Source: an uncultured cyanobacterium (GTDB lineage: Bacteria > Cyanobacteriota > Cyanobacteriia > Cyanobacteriales > Microcystaceae). Taken from it: a DNA stretch of 64,000 bases. Below are positions 32,205-43,048 of this stretch, piece after piece. The position numbers and the translations under genes are program-made. Under the pieces are notes generated by a model. That model was not told the origin of the DNA and did no database searches. It was given only the letters and a program-made list of their open reading frames with translations. Numbering within the stretch: the first letter of the stretch is position 1; every line of letters starts with the position of its first letter. The stretch lies in NCBI GenBank assembly GCA_963807635.1, contig CAWEDJ010000028.1:1-64000 (forward strand), written 5' to 3'.

Positions 32205-33740
32205 CTAAACTTTTTTGACAGAGGATATTTCCCATTTTTGATTAGATTCATTCCAAACCAATTCATAACGTACAGTCATTGATAGAGGTTTTCCGTTCAG
32301 AAGAGAACTATATTGAACATTAACTATTCCAATATTTGAACCTGCGACTTTCGGGGCTGAATAAACATTGGTAAGAGTTATAGGCGTAATTTTCTGAAAC
32401 CAGTTTTTAAAAGAATAATAACCATCAGGATGAATTTTTTTATTATTTTGTAAACTAAAGGGTAACATATTCCACGCTTGTTGATATTCACCTCTATTGA
32501 GAGCATCATAATATTTTAAAACTACTTGCGTTGGATCAGGTAAATGTTCAGGTTTACTTTCAGAGATTCGTTCTGTCGGTAATTGTGAAGTTTTAGAAGG
32601 ATTTGTTTGGGATGCTTCAGAAGTAGTTGGAACAGAAGAGGAAGGTACTTTTGTTTTCAGTAACAGATTCAACCCTGTTATTGTTATTCCTCCCACCGCA
32701 AATGATCCTAACATTACCAACAACTTTTTTAAAGATGTCTTATTCTGTTGAACAGATGGAGAAACCACTAAATTCTTTGAAGTTTTTGGGAGTGAATGCG
32801 ATGCTAGGGCGATAGTTGGTGATAATGTAGAAGTAGGTTTATAACTTGCTTCTAATACAGATAATTCTCTTAAAACAGATTGAGTATTGCGAGGTCTGTC
32901 TTCTAAATCAGCACACATAAGACGATTAATAAAGTCACGCAAAGCTTGACTATACAATTGAGCTTCTTCCTGCCATTGTAAACCCTGTTTTAAACTTTCA
33001 ATAAACTCGTGGGGATGCTTGCCCGTTAATAAAAAAACAAAAGTACGACCCAACGCAAAAAAATCAGAGCGGTATTCTGCCTGACCATTAGATTGTTCAT
33101 GGGGAGTATAGCCTATAGAAATAATTCCTGTTACTGCTTGTCCCTGTTGCTTTTGTAAATAGGTTTGAGTTTCTTCTCGTGCTGTCCCAAAATCAATTAA
33201 AGCTAATTGACCAGTATTACGAATCATGATATTGCCAGGTTTAATATCTCGATGAAAATAGTTAGCTCTATGTACCAAATCTAAAATTTCTACCAATTCG
33301 CGTAACCAACGAACTGCCGCCTGTTCAGAAATGGGACGATAATTCCGTTTCTCTAAATAATTTTCTAGGTTTTCACCTTCAATAAATTCCATTACCAAGC
33401 AACGCAATGGTATATTACTTCCCTTGGGATAGTAATTAAAACGTCCCCCTACTTCGACTTTTGGGATACCTGAATGATTTAGTCTCTGTAGAACCTCAGC
33501 TTCTTGATCAAATAAACTAATTGCCTTGGGATCGGTATTATGTAAAACTTTGAGAACTTTTAGAGAATCTCCATCATCGACTAAGGCTGTCCAACCAAAT
33601 CCCCCAACTCCCAAATAACGTAGAACTCGGTATATATCATTGATCAATAAACTCGAACCACAATCTGAGCAAAAAAGATTTTGCCTTTGGTCAACTTGAT
33701 TTTTAGCTAGTTCACACTTGGGATTAATACAAAGACTCAT
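32205..33740 (-). CDS. Hanks-type Ser/Thr kinase with N-terminal Cys motif, TM segment and C-terminal extracytoplasmic domain
   Basis: CINPKC...CSDCG; GVGGFG, VLKVL, HRDIKPGN, LIDFG. Confidence 0.92.
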   Translation of the reverse strand: MSLCINPKCELAKNQVDQRQNLFCSDCGSSLLINDIYRVLRYLGVGGFGWTALVDDGDSLKVLKVLHNTDPKAISLFDQEAEVLQRLNHSGIPKVEVGGRFNYYPKGSNIPLRCLVMEFIEGENLENYLEKRNYRPISEQAAVRWLRELVEILDLVHRANYFHRDIKPGNIMIRNTGQLALIDFGTAREETQTYLQKQQGQAVTGIISIGYTPHEQSNGQAEYRSDFFALGRTFVFLLTGKHPHEFIESLKQGLQWQEEAQLYSQALRDFINRLMCADLEDRPRNTQSVLRELSVLEASYKPTSTLSPTIALASHSLPKTSKNLVVSPSVQQNKTSLKKLLVMLGSFAVGGITITGLNLLLKTKVPSSSVPTTSEASQTNPSKTSQLPTERISESKPEHLPDPTQVVLKYYDALNRGEYQQAWNMLPFSLQNNKKIHPDGYYSFKNWFQKITPITLTNVYSAPKVAGSNIGIVNVQYSSLLNGKPLSMTVRYELVWNESNQKWEISSVKKV

Positions 33741-33942
33741 GACACTCCCATAAGATCTGAATTCAATTCGTCTAACAATATTCACTAAGTTAACATTATT
33801 TTAGATGAATGCAGTTAAATCTAAATTTAATAAGAAAATAAAGTTTTTATTTCAGAATAAATCAGACTTTACCTTATGCCGAACCTAATAGAAAGGCGAT
33901 CGCGCCTCAAATTTTTTTATAAAACGCGATCGCCCTCTTAAG

Positions 33943-34293
33943 CTAAAGGGGTAAAAATCGATAAATCAGAGAATTAATAAAACCTAATAAAAAGGCTCCG
34001 ATTAAAGCACTCCAAAATCCCCATCTGAGAGAAAAACCATCCACTAAAGCGGCGGCTAAACCAAAAATAATCGCATTGATGACAACAGAAAATAATCCAA
34101 AGGTTAAAAATGTGATGGGCAAAGCAAAGAACGCGATCACAGGACGGACAAAAGCGTTGAGTAACCCGAAAACAATGGCAGAAATTAACGCTTTTTGAAA
34201 ACTACTAATTTCCACACCAGTTGGTAACTTGGAAATCAAGAATAGGCTAACAGAAGTCACTAACCAAGCGACTAATAAACCAACGAGATTCAT
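33943..34293 (-). CDS. 4-TM phage-holin-family (DUF360/YvlD-like) membrane protein
   Basis: FGLLNAFVRP, LPITFLTFGLFSVVINA. Confidence 0.85.
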   Translation of the reverse strand: MNLVGLLVAWLVTSVSLFLISKLPTGVEISSFQKALISAIVFGLLNAFVRPVIAFFALPITFLTFGLFSVVINAIIFGLAAALVDGFSLRWGFWSALIGAFLLGFINSLIYRFLPL

Positions 34294-34337
34294 CTTTTAG
34301 CTCCTATATTCATTAAATGAGTTTTAAATATCTTTAT

Positions 34338-35429
34338 TTAAACATTAAAACGGAATAATAACACATCCCCTTCTTGGACGACATATTCTTTGCCTTCACT
34401 GCGGACTAATCCTTTTTCTTTAGCCGCTTGCATTCCCCCTGTGGCAACTAAATCGTTAAAGGCAACGGTTTCCGCTCGAATAAAACCCCGTTCAAAATCC
34501 GTATGAATGACTCCTGCGGCTTGGGGGGCTTTCATTCCTGCCTGGATTGTCCAAGCGCGAGTTTCTTGCGGGCCTGTGGTTAAATAAGTCCGTAATCCCA
34601 ATAACTCATAGGTTGCTTTAATCAGCGATTTGAGTCCTCCTTCCGTCGCGCCGAGAGATGCTAAATAATCCAATTGTTCCTCTTCGGGTAATTCCAGTAA
34701 TTCTGCTTCCACTTGAGCGGAAACAATAACAACTTTAGCCCCTTCTTGGGTCGCGATCACTTCAACTTTTTTAACCCAATCATTACCCGATGCCAAATCT
34801 TCTTCTGAGACATTCGCGGCAAAAATAATCGGTTTACGAGTTAATAATCCCAAAGGTTTAATTAATAATTCTTCTTCTTCGGTTAAAGTTAATTTACGCG
34901 CAGGTTGGCCTTCATTTAAAAGAGCGACAATTTTTTCTAAAACTTCAATTTCGACTTGCAGATCCTTATTGCCTTTAGATTGTTTTTTTGCCCGTTCTAA
35001 ACGTTTTTCGACTTGGGATAAATCCGCTAGGGCTAATTCTAAATTAATCACTTCAATATCGCGTTCAGGATCAACCGAGCCAGAGACATGAATAATATCG
35101 TCATCATCAAAACAGCGCACCACATGAACGATCGCGTCCACTTCCCGAATATTGGCTAAAAATTGATTCCCTAAGCCTTCCCCTTGACTCGCTCCCTTAA
35201 CCAATCCCGCAATATCCACAAATTCCATACGGGTGGGAATAATCTTAACCGATTGGCTGATTTTGGCTAAAATTCCCAGGCGATCGTCGGGAACAGAGAC
35301 AACCCCCACATTGGGTTCAATGGTACAAAACGGAAAATTTGCCGCCTCCGCCTTAGCATTTGCCACCAGAGCATTAAAAAGAGTTGATTTTCCCACATTG
35401 GGCAGTCCGACGATTTCAGCTTGTAACAT
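34338..35429 (-). CDS. ychF: Ribosome-binding ATPase YchF
   Basis: GLPNVGKSTLFNA, ANFPFCTIEPN, DIAGLV, IHTDFERGFIRAE. Confidence 0.96.
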   Translation of the reverse strand: MLQAEIVGLPNVGKSTLFNALVANAKAEAANFPFCTIEPNVGVVSVPDDRLGILAKISQSVKIIPTRMEFVDIAGLVKGASQGEGLGNQFLANIREVDAIVHVVRCFDDDDIIHVSGSVDPERDIEVINLELALADLSQVEKRLERAKKQSKGNKDLQVEIEVLEKIVALLNEGQPARKLTLTEEEELLIKPLGLLTRKPIIFAANVSEEDLASGNDWVKKVEVIATQEGAKVVIVSAQVEAELLELPEEEQLDYLASLGATEGGLKSLIKATYELLGLRTYLTTGPQETRAWTIQAGMKAPQAAGVIHTDFERGFIRAETVAFNDLVATGGMQAAKEKGLVRSEGKEYVVQEGDVLLFRFNV

Positions 35430-35599
35430 AATAAGTTTAGACTTGATGAGCAATAGTTGATTGACAATGAGGCAATCCATTATACCAAATTCACTTCGGC
35501 CCTTTGATAAAGCTTTAAGAATAAAATTGCAGGTCAAAACTTTTGGGTTTGTGGTTTAATAATTGAATGTTCGATAAAAATCGTTGGGTATTAAAGAAA

Positions 35600-35977
35600 A
35601 TGAACAGTTTATTTTTTAAAAAATCATTATTTACGAAAGCAATTATTACATTGTTAGTAATGACAAGTACAGCCGTTTTAGGGACTAGTTTTGCTCAAAA
35701 AGCCTCTGCTTCTACTAGTGTTTGTGGACTAACCAGAGAATATGCTTTTTTTAAAACCAAGAATTATTTGATTACGATTTGCGTTGGAGAAGCTAGTTTT
35801 CAAATGATAAAGCTCTTCCACGATGGAACGGGTTATCAACGGATTCCTGTCCAAAAGGAGGGAAACAAATTCATAGGTTCGGATGATAAACACAATTATA
35901 TTTTGGATTCCAGACAATTATTGATTGGAACTGACGGTGAACCACCTGTTATCGAAAGAGTAATTCAACGCAAATAA
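35600..35977 (+). CDS. Hypothetical secreted protein
   Basis: Signal-peptide-like N-terminus; FKTKNYLITIC motif. Confidence 0.65.
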   Translation: MNSLFFKKSLFTKAIITLLVMTSTAVLGTSFAQKASASTSVCGLTREYAFFKTKNYLITICVGEASFQMIKLFHDGTGYQRIPVQKEGNKFIGSDDKHNYILDSRQLLIGTDGEPPVIERVIQRK

Positions 35978-36144
35978 ATTTTAAATATAACGAAAATAGT
36001 CAGATTTGGAATGGGGGACGATGATTATCACGCGATCGCCCGTAAGCCCCTCAAGAAACCCCAGGATTACGGACAAAACATGGTAGGATTGTCTTTAAAT
36101 CAACCAATTTGTTATATTTGTCTGTTAAAAAGGGAACTCAAACA

Positions 36145-36282
36145 ATGGAAATTACGCTATTATTGGCTAAACTGCCCGAAGCCTATCAGATCTTTGATCC
36201 TCTCGTGGACGTTCTGCCTGTTATTCCAGTCTTCTTTTTGTTACTTGCTTTCGTTTGGCAAGCCGCCGTTGGTTTTAAGTAA
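36145..36282 (+). CDS. psbK: Photosystem II reaction centre protein K (absent from the ORF track)
   Basis: Manual translation: [45 protein letters not shown]. Confidence 0.97.
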   Translation: MEITLLLAKLPEAYQIFDPLVDVLPVIPVFFLLLAFVWQAAVGFK

Positions 36283-36304
36283 ATTACCTATTCAGGCGAA
36301 ATTT

Positions 36305-36330
36305 GGGGCATCTGTCATGGATGCCTTTTT
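36305..36330 (+). terminator. Probable intrinsic terminator after psbK
   Basis: GGCATC-TGTCATG-GATGCC followed by TTTTT. Confidence 0.6.
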
Positions 36331-36425
36331 GTTATGAGGGTTTTCGCGATCGCCTTTTTAAGTTCACAAAAAAATCCCCTGTTACCTAAAACAAGGGAAA
36401 TTAATATTTCACAATTCAATCAAAA

Positions 36426-38339
36426 TTAACCGACTGCAACAGGCGTTTTGCTCTCACTGAAAAATGCTTCCAAAACCTGATCCGCAATTTGGGGAGTGGT
36501 TAAACCCAAGCTAGCAAAAGATTCATTCGGTTCAGCATGATCCACCAAAATATCAGGAACGCCCAAGCGTTTGACGGGAACCAACACATTATTGTCCGAA
36601 AAAGCTTCTAAGACCGCCGAACCAAAACCGCCCATGAGACAGCCTTCTTCGAGGGTGACAACTTTACCGATACGTTTCGCTAGGGGCAAAATCAATTCCG
36701 TATCTAGGGGTTTCACAAAACGAGCATTAATCACCGTAGCCTCTACCCCATGTTCACTGAGAATTTCGGCGGCTTGCAAAGCAGGATAAACCATAGAGCC
36801 ATAGCCCAAAATCAGGACATCATCCCCACTCCGCAAAATCTCTGCCTTGCCGATGGGTAACGCTTCCCAACCTTCTTCCATCAGAGGAACGCCTTGACCA
36901 TTGCCCCTGGGATAACGCATCGCGATCGCGCCTTCGGTATATTCAACCCCCGTGACCACCATCCGTTGCAGTTCGGCCTGATCCTTGGGAGCCATAATCA
37001 CCAGATTGGGAATACACCGCAGATAGGCAATGTCATACATTCCTTGATGGGTGGGGCCATCCGCACCGACAATTCCTGCTCGGTCTAAACAGAAAAAGAC
37101 GGGTAAATTTTGAATACAAACATCATGGATAATCTGGTCGTAACCCCTCTGTAAGAACGTCGAATAAATCGCCACCACAGGACGCATTCCCTCACAGGCC
37201 AGACCTGCGGCGAGGGTAACGGCGTGTTGTTCTGCGATACCGACATCTATGTATTGTTTAGGCAGTTTCGCCTGAAATTTATCCAAGCCTGTTCCCGTGG
37301 CCATAGCCGCCGTAATGCCAATAATTTTAGGATTGTTTTCGGCGAGCGTCGTGAGAGTATGGGCAAAAACCTTGGAATAACCAGGGGGTTTAGGTTTACT
37401 GGAAGGAATCGCCTTACCTGTCGCCAAGTTAAAGGGACTTTGGGCGTGGTAACCAACCTGATCTTTTTCGGCTAACTCATAACCCTTGCCTTTAATCGTA
37501 GCAACATGGACAAAAACGGGGCCTTGTACCTTATGGGCCTGTTTAAAGGTATCGATTAATTCCTCTAAATTATGCCCATCAATAGGGCCAAAATATTTAA
37601 AACCAAGTTCTTCAATGACGGCTCCCACCTTGGGAACGGCCAAACGTTTCATGCCTTCCTTGACTCGTTCCATCTCTGGGGTTAAAGAGTCACCGAAAAA
37701 GGGTAAATGTTTAAATTGTTCTTCTAAATTGTCCGCTAAATTTTGGACAGCAGGATTAAGTCGGACTTTATTGAGATAGCGAGAAATTGCACCCACATTA
37801 GGAGAAATGGACATCTCGTTGTCGTTGAGGATCACCATCAAGTTTGTATGGGGTAAGTGGCCCGCGTGGTTAATCGCCTCTAGGGCCATACCCCCCGTGA
37901 GTGCGCCATCGCCGATGATAGAGACAACTTTAAAGTCTTCCCCTTTGGCATCCCGCGCCAGAGCCATCCCTAAACCCGCCGAAATACTGGTAGAAGCGTG
38001 ACCTGCGCCAAAATGGTCGAATCTGTTTTCAGAACGTTTTAAATAACCTGCGATCCCGTCTTTTTGTCGGAGGGTATGGAAACGATGATACCGACCCGTT
38101 AACATTTTGTGGGGATAGGCTTGATGTCCCACGTCCCAGAGGACTTTATCATGGTCTAGATCTAAGGTGGAATAGAGGGCGACGGTGAGTTCAACTACGC
38201 CTAGACCTGGCCCTAGATGACCACCGCTTTTGGCAACGGTCTCTAAGTGCTTTTCTCGGATTTGTCGAGAGATTTCCTCTAGTTGACGTATTGACAACCC
38301 GTGCAACTGGTTTGGATGTGTCAGTTCACTGATGTGCAT
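36426..38339 (-). CDS. dxs: 1-deoxy-D-xylulose-5-phosphate synthase
   Basis: [43 protein letters not shown]. Confidence 0.97.
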   Translation of the reverse strand: MHISELTHPNQLHGLSIRQLEEISRQIREKHLETVAKSGGHLGPGLGVVELTVALYSTLDLDHDKVLWDVGHQAYPHKMLTGRYHRFHTLRQKDGIAGYLKRSENRFDHFGAGHASTSISAGLGMALARDAKGEDFKVVSIIGDGALTGGMALEAINHAGHLPHTNLMVILNDNEMSISPNVGAISRYLNKVRLNPAVQNLADNLEEQFKHLPFFGDSLTPEMERVKEGMKRLAVPKVGAVIEELGFKYFGPIDGHNLEELIDTFKQAHKVQGPVFVHVATIKGKGYELAEKDQVGYHAQSPFNLATGKAIPSSKPKPPGYSKVFAHTLTTLAENNPKIIGITAAMATGTGLDKFQAKLPKQYIDVGIAEQHAVTLAAGLACEGMRPVVAIYSTFLQRGYDQIIHDVCIQNLPVFFCLDRAGIVGADGPTHQGMYDIAYLRCIPNLVIMAPKDQAELQRMVVTGVEYTEGAIAMRYPRGNGQGVPLMEEGWEALPIGKAEILRSGDDVLILGYGSMVYPALQAAEILSEHGVEATVINARFVKPLDTELILPLAKRIGKVVTLEEGCLMGGFGSAVLEAFSDNNVLVPVKRLGVPDILVDHAEPNESFASLGLTTPQIADQVLEAFFSESKTPVAVG

Positions 38340-38662
38340 AGAGTACAATTCTTATTCATTTTTATCGCTTCTCACACTTTAATCTATTTCAACGTCCTGG
38401 GTTAGTTTTTGGGGTCTGGAAACCCAACTGTCGCGATCGCATTCCTGAAACCCTAGACTCCACTCTTACCAAATTCAAGCCCAAATTCAATTGGTCGGAC
38501 TTGCTGACTTTTCTTTGTGAAAGCTTATCAGAGAGTAAATTTAAACTTGCTTAGCAATCAAAAATCTGATTTTTGGATTATTTTAGACTTAGGTACTGAT
38601 AACCTGGATTATTTGTGATTATATGAGTGGTTTAGCTCGTCACTTTAAATAATTTTAGATAA

Positions 38663-38989
38663 ATGGATATTCGACAATTCCGCACACTACATCGCAAGGT
38701 AGCCCCCCTTGTATTGCTACCCCTGACTGTTACAGTTTTCACAGGAGTTTCCTATCGGCTGGGAAAAAGTTGGCTAGGACTCAATCGAGATCAACTACAT
38801 TTTTTAATGGTGATTCATGAAGGGGAATATTTGGGGACAACCCTTGAGCCGCTTTATGTACTCTTAAATGGTGTGGGTCTGCTGTGGATGTTAGCAACTG
38901 GTTGCGTTATGCTGTGGCAAAATATCAGTCACTCAAGTTGGTTCCAACAGTTAATCTCTTTCAGGCAAAAAGTTTCTGATGATTCATAG
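38663..38989 (+). CDS. PepSY-associated-TM-like small membrane protein
   Basis: RTLHRK.AP, TG.SY, IHEG motifs. Confidence 0.7.
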   Translation: MDIRQFRTLHRKVAPLVLLPLTVTVFTGVSYRLGKSWLGLNRDQLHFLMVIHEGEYLGTTLEPLYVLLNGVGLLWMLATGCVMLWQNISHSSWFQQLISFRQKVSDDS

Positions 38990-39010
38990 TTCTAAATATC
39001 GAAAAGTACG

Positions 39011-39391
39011 ATGTTTGAGAATCTTCTCCCTCCCCTAAATGACCATGATTTACCCTATCCTGATACGATTCATCTGTACGAAGTGAGTTGGTTAAATGGG
39101 TTAAAAAGTATCGAAAAAAGTCTAGATGATTTTCATCGTGGCATCATGCACCCGCGTGGAGAAGTTCCTCTAGAGGTTATGGCGAATCAGTGCGGAATCT
39201 GTCGTTTTGGCGATGCTCCCCAAACGTCGGTTTTAGACGAAGATTGTCGCGCCCATGATTTGGATAATCTCTATGTGGTGGATGGCAGTTTTTTTCCTTC
39301 TAATGCGGCGGTGAGTCGAGCTTTAACGATTATTGCAAATGCTCTGCGCGGTCAGCGATCGCTTAATCGCTTAATTGAGAGGTTGAGATAG
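39011..39391 (+). pseudogene. Chimeric remnant: DUF2231-type N-terminus fused to a GMC oxidoreductase C-terminus
   Basis: PPLNDHDLPYPDTIH, then QCGICRFG...SVLD..CRAHDLDNLYVVDGSFFPS; no GMC FAD-binding domain. Confidence 0.65.
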
Positions 39392-39444
39392 ATTCCCTAC
39401 ACTGATGATTGGGCGATCACTTTTTTTGTGGTTAGTTGGGCGAC

Positions 39445-39520
39445 CGCATTTTAAACTGGAGTAAAGGCCCATTGCTGTTTAACAATCTAGGATTAATAAT
39501 CGCATTTTAAACTGGAGTAA
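39445..39520 (+). repeat. Exact 20-bp direct repeat
   Basis: CGCATTTTAAACTGGAGTAA at 39445-39464 and 39501-39520. Confidence 0.8.
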
Positions 39521-39568
39521 GAGGCGATAAGAAATGACATTCAATTTAAAAACGGAGAAAATAGAACT

Positions 39569-40624
39569 CTATCGACTAACCCTTTCTAGCCATGTTTGCA
39601 ATGCTTTATTAATGAGAAACTCCGTATGATGAAGACATATAGTATTATCAGACAATGCCCATACTGTTCTAAATCCATTTCCTGAAAATACTTGTTGTTT
39701 TACAAATGAATTACCTGGAGCCGAAAAAAAAGTATGTCCAATATTAATATTATTTAGTGCTTCTTCTGGTATAAATCCTGATTTTAGGGGAATATAACGA
39801 AAATATGAAGTATATTGATCGAACGTATGAATCTGCATTCTAGCAATAGTTTTATTTTTTCGACTAGGAACAATTAACCATAAAAATAATGCTATTGTTT
39901 TAGATTTTTTATCAAAATAAAATTCTGCGCAGTTTCTCGATTTATCTTTTCCATAATTGCTGGCGTAAATAACAGTTTTATTGCTAATTATTCTTTCTAC
40001 AATTCTTTGATCAAAGCTTAATATTTTATGCCTGATTTGCATTAAGTTATTAGCTTCTATTTCCGTTAAACTTCCTAGCCAATCTAATAATATCCTTGGA
40101 GGTTCAGAAATATTCTCATTTACATGATTTTGCCAGTTAAATTCTTGATAATTTATCTTTACTATCTTTGTTTTTGGTTTTTCGTCAACCTGAGACAGAT
40201 GAAAATAAAATTCTTCATTTTTGTTGACAATAGAAAACCTGAATAAATCAAATTTTAACTGGCTATGTTTTTGATCAATTAAATTGTGACGGTGAAAAAT
40301 TGGACATATTGCAAATAAAAGAATTTCTTTATTATAGTTAAGCTTCTCCTGAAAAGGCTTTTCTTCAATTAAATTATCATAGTAGCGCGTTAGCTGATTA
40401 ATAACATAACGATCTTCCACATTTTTTAATTCGATAATGACCAACTTGCCATCATCACTGATTGCCAAAATATCACAGATTTCTCCTTTGATAGAATATT
40501 GACGTGCTAAGGGTTTAAATCCAAATATTTCTTGTAAATTATTCCAAACAAAATTTTCAAGTTCTGCTTCATCAATAAAAGCCCAACCTTGATTTGTTTT
40601 TTGTAAAGCTACACCGTCATTCAT
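39569..40624 (-). CDS. NucS/DUF91-like PD-(D/E)XK endonuclease domain protein
   Basis: EAELENF, ARQY, CDILA, IIELK, QLTRY; AT-rich. Confidence 0.8.
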   Translation of the reverse strand: MNDGVALQKTNQGWAFIDEAELENFVWNNLQEIFGFKPLARQYSIKGEICDILAISDDGKLVIIELKNVEDRYVINQLTRYYDNLIEEKPFQEKLNYNKEILLFAICPIFHRHNLIDQKHSQLKFDLFRFSIVNKNEEFYFHLSQVDEKPKTKIVKINYQEFNWQNHVNENISEPPRILLDWLGSLTEIEANNLMQIRHKILSFDQRIVERIISNKTVIYASNYGKDKSRNCAEFYFDKKSKTIALFLWLIVPSRKNKTIARMQIHTFDQYTSYFRYIPLKSGFIPEEALNNINIGHTFFSAPGNSFVKQQVFSGNGFRTVWALSDNTICLHHTEFLINKALQTWLERVSR

Positions 40625-40713
40625 TTTTCTTCTAAAAATAAACAATAAATAAAAAGGGAGCCGCTTAACTGATGCGATACTCACTTAAATTATAAATCAT
40701 TCACAAACAAATA

Positions 40714-40782
40714 AAGTGCGTTAGAACCTGCTACAACTTCTAACAATTCTTGAGTAATCGCAGCCTGACGAGTCTTGTTGTA
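40714..40782 (-). pseudogene. Orphan 3'-terminal fragment of an ATP synthase gamma subunit gene
   Basis: Manual translation YNKTRQAAITQELLEVVAGSNAL, the F1-gamma C-terminal signature. Confidence 0.8.
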
Positions 40783-40948
40783 GTGCGATCATTGATCTTG
40801 TGGGTTGGGTTAGGGAACGCAATCCAAATATGGGAAATGATAACCTGATTGTGGGTTATTGCGATCACTTTCTCTGATGAAGTGCGATCGCGTTTTGGTT
40901 TGAGTGGTTAGGCGATCGCGTTGTGAGTAATTGGGCGATCGCCATACA

Positions 40949-41245
40949 TTAGCTCTGCTTAAATACCTCCTCAATATCCCTTGAACCATGAAGCAACCGA
41001 ATCACATCAATACCACCATCAATTTGCTGATAAAACACAACATAATTATCAATCGGAAAACTTCGTAAATCTGGCAACAATTCTGACCTTTTTCGACCCA
41101 AACCCGAATTCTGAGCTAAAGTCATCAACTTACTTTCAATTCGATCTAAAAAATCATCTGCCCTATCTGGACTATCATCCGCAATATAATCCCAAATATC
41201 CAGCAAGTCTAACTCAGCAAGCGGACGCTTTAAAAGGATTGGCAT
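40949..41245 (-). CDS. ParE/RelE-family toxin
   Basis: AELDLLDIWDYIA.D, G..R.EL...LRSF, VIRLLHGSRD. Confidence 0.92.
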   Translation of the reverse strand: MPILLKRPLAELDLLDIWDYIADDSPDRADDFLDRIESKLMTLAQNSGLGRKRSELLPDLRSFPIDNYVVFYQQIDGGIDVIRLLHGSRDIEEVFKQS

Positions 41246-41502
41246 TATTGAACCTGCTTCTGTTGCTTGCGTTGCCGAGCTTTTGCCTTCACTGCCTGTA
41301 TATCGAAGGGTGTAGCATCACCACTATCTAAACCTGCCTGAATATCTTGACGTAACTCCTGCAAACGCAATTGCTGAAGTTGATCCCGTTCTTGCAACAA
41401 TCTCAACCCTTCGCGCACAACTTCACTGGCAGAATAGTACAAGCCAGTATTCACCTTTCCCTGTATAAAGCTTTCTAGCTCAGGCGTTAGAGACACATTC
41501 AT
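41245..41502 (-). CDS. ParD-family antitoxin
   Basis: MNVSLTPELE, G.Y.SASEVVREGLRLL. Confidence 0.92.
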   Translation of the reverse strand: MNVSLTPELESFIQGKVNTGLYYSASEVVREGLRLLQERDQLQQLRLQELRQDIQAGLDSGDATPFDIQAVKAKARQRKQQKQVQ

Positions 41503-41713
41503 AAACCCAATCCTATAATAATCGTGATATCAATATTGTCGCTGTAATAACAGTAAATAGCAATAACTGTTATCAGATTTATTAGCGTTATTGTTTGCTG
41601 GTTGGTGAGTGATTAGGCGATCGCGTTTGGAGGGAAAAAATTTAGGCGAGCGTGTAGTGAATTTAGAAACCGATCAGTTGAGCAATTGGGTTATTTTTGA
41701 TGGGAATTGAGAG

Positions 41714-42950
41714 CTAATGTAAGACCTGTCGATCTAAAACTTCTAAAACAGCTTTTGCATTGAGTTTATCCTTAAACCAAATAATCTGAGCAGGAGTATC
41801 GGTAAATTTAACGCCCGCTTTTTCCAAATTAAGCCTTTCTGAAATCGCCAAAATCAAATTATCTACCTCAGCGCGACGTACTTGATAAAATTTCTTCTGT
41901 AAATATTCAGGTCCGCCAATAACCGACAATTTCTAATAAAAAAGTTCTGCCATCAGGATGGACTAAGCGAAAATCGGGAATCATGACACTCCCCGGTAAG
42001 GGAATTAAATCGACTTCTCGCTCTAATCGCCAATCGGTTTTCAGTTTCTCCCAACTATTAGCAAAAGAAGCTTCTAACATACTGTCGTAGGGTTTGCCTG
42101 GTGGATAATGGGTGACTAAATCACAGCGATCGCTTAACTGAAAATAGGTAATTTTTTCTTCTCCACTATAACTATCTTGACTGGTTAACTTAGCCTGGAG
42201 ATTCCACTTACTGACGTGCAGTAGGGCGGGAAGTAATTTTGCTAAAGCCAGACCGTAGCGGGTATTAGCTTTAAATAAACTGGTGGGGCCATCAATAGTA
42301 ATGGTAAAACCTGTATCGGCATCGCCTTCAATGTAGGCCATTAATTGAAATAATTTAAGATAACGAAAGAGTAGTTTATATTCCCCTGGATCATTGCGAT
42401 GGGCATTAATAATAATATGATTCGCTCGATAGAAAATTCCTTGAACCTGAGAGAGATTATAACGATGAATTAACGTCTCCGTTACAGGAGGTTCAAATTG
42501 GGTGAAAATACGATTTTCGGGTAAGTCTGCATAAAGTCCCTTTTCAATTTCTGGCGGCAAAACCTCTCGATTTAACTCCTGGTTTAAAGTCGTTGCTAAT
42601 TTTTCTAATAGTTCTTGTCTTTGTTGGGGGGTGAAAATCTTAGAGGCGGCTGCGGTAAAAACTTTTTTTCTGAGGGCGATCGGCTCTAGGGGGCTAATGA
42701 TTTCAAAGGTTGAAAAATGATTTTTTAAAAGGTGTGCCAAGCCCCGAATGACTTTATAATTAGGACTATCTCCTTCTAATTCTAGACATTTTTGATCAAG
42801 GATTCCCTGGGTTTCTCCTAAGGTTGCTTGAAATAAATCAATTTGTTCCTGAGCTAAATCAGTAATACTATTGTCAATCGGCAAACGTTTAGGGATAATA
42901 GTTTCACCACTACGTCGATGGATTAGTAATTCAGACGGTAACATTATCAC
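41714..42950 (-). CDS. DUF790-family putative nuclease; frameshift near 41914
   Basis: MLPSELL, YNLSQVQG, DGPTSLF, IPDF, LEIVGYW, continuing as (R)PEYLQKK in the next frame. Confidence 0.85.
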
Positions 42951-43048
42951 CCACTCATAACTTGTTATTAAAGAATTATTTATCTTAATTTTTGCATTGT
43001 GTCAAAGTTTGATTACCTAAAAAATTGCTCACGATTCCCTTCATCCCT

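Noticed and set aside
33943..34293. Holin-like gene as prophage evidence
   Set aside because: Common chromosomal family; no phage genes nearby.
35401..35429. YchF AEIVG in place of the usual AGIVG
   Set aside because: Single GGA>GAA change in error-prone sequence; P-loop intact.
36011..36337. 108-aa ORF in the track
   Set aside because: Alternative frame over the real psbK (36145-36282).
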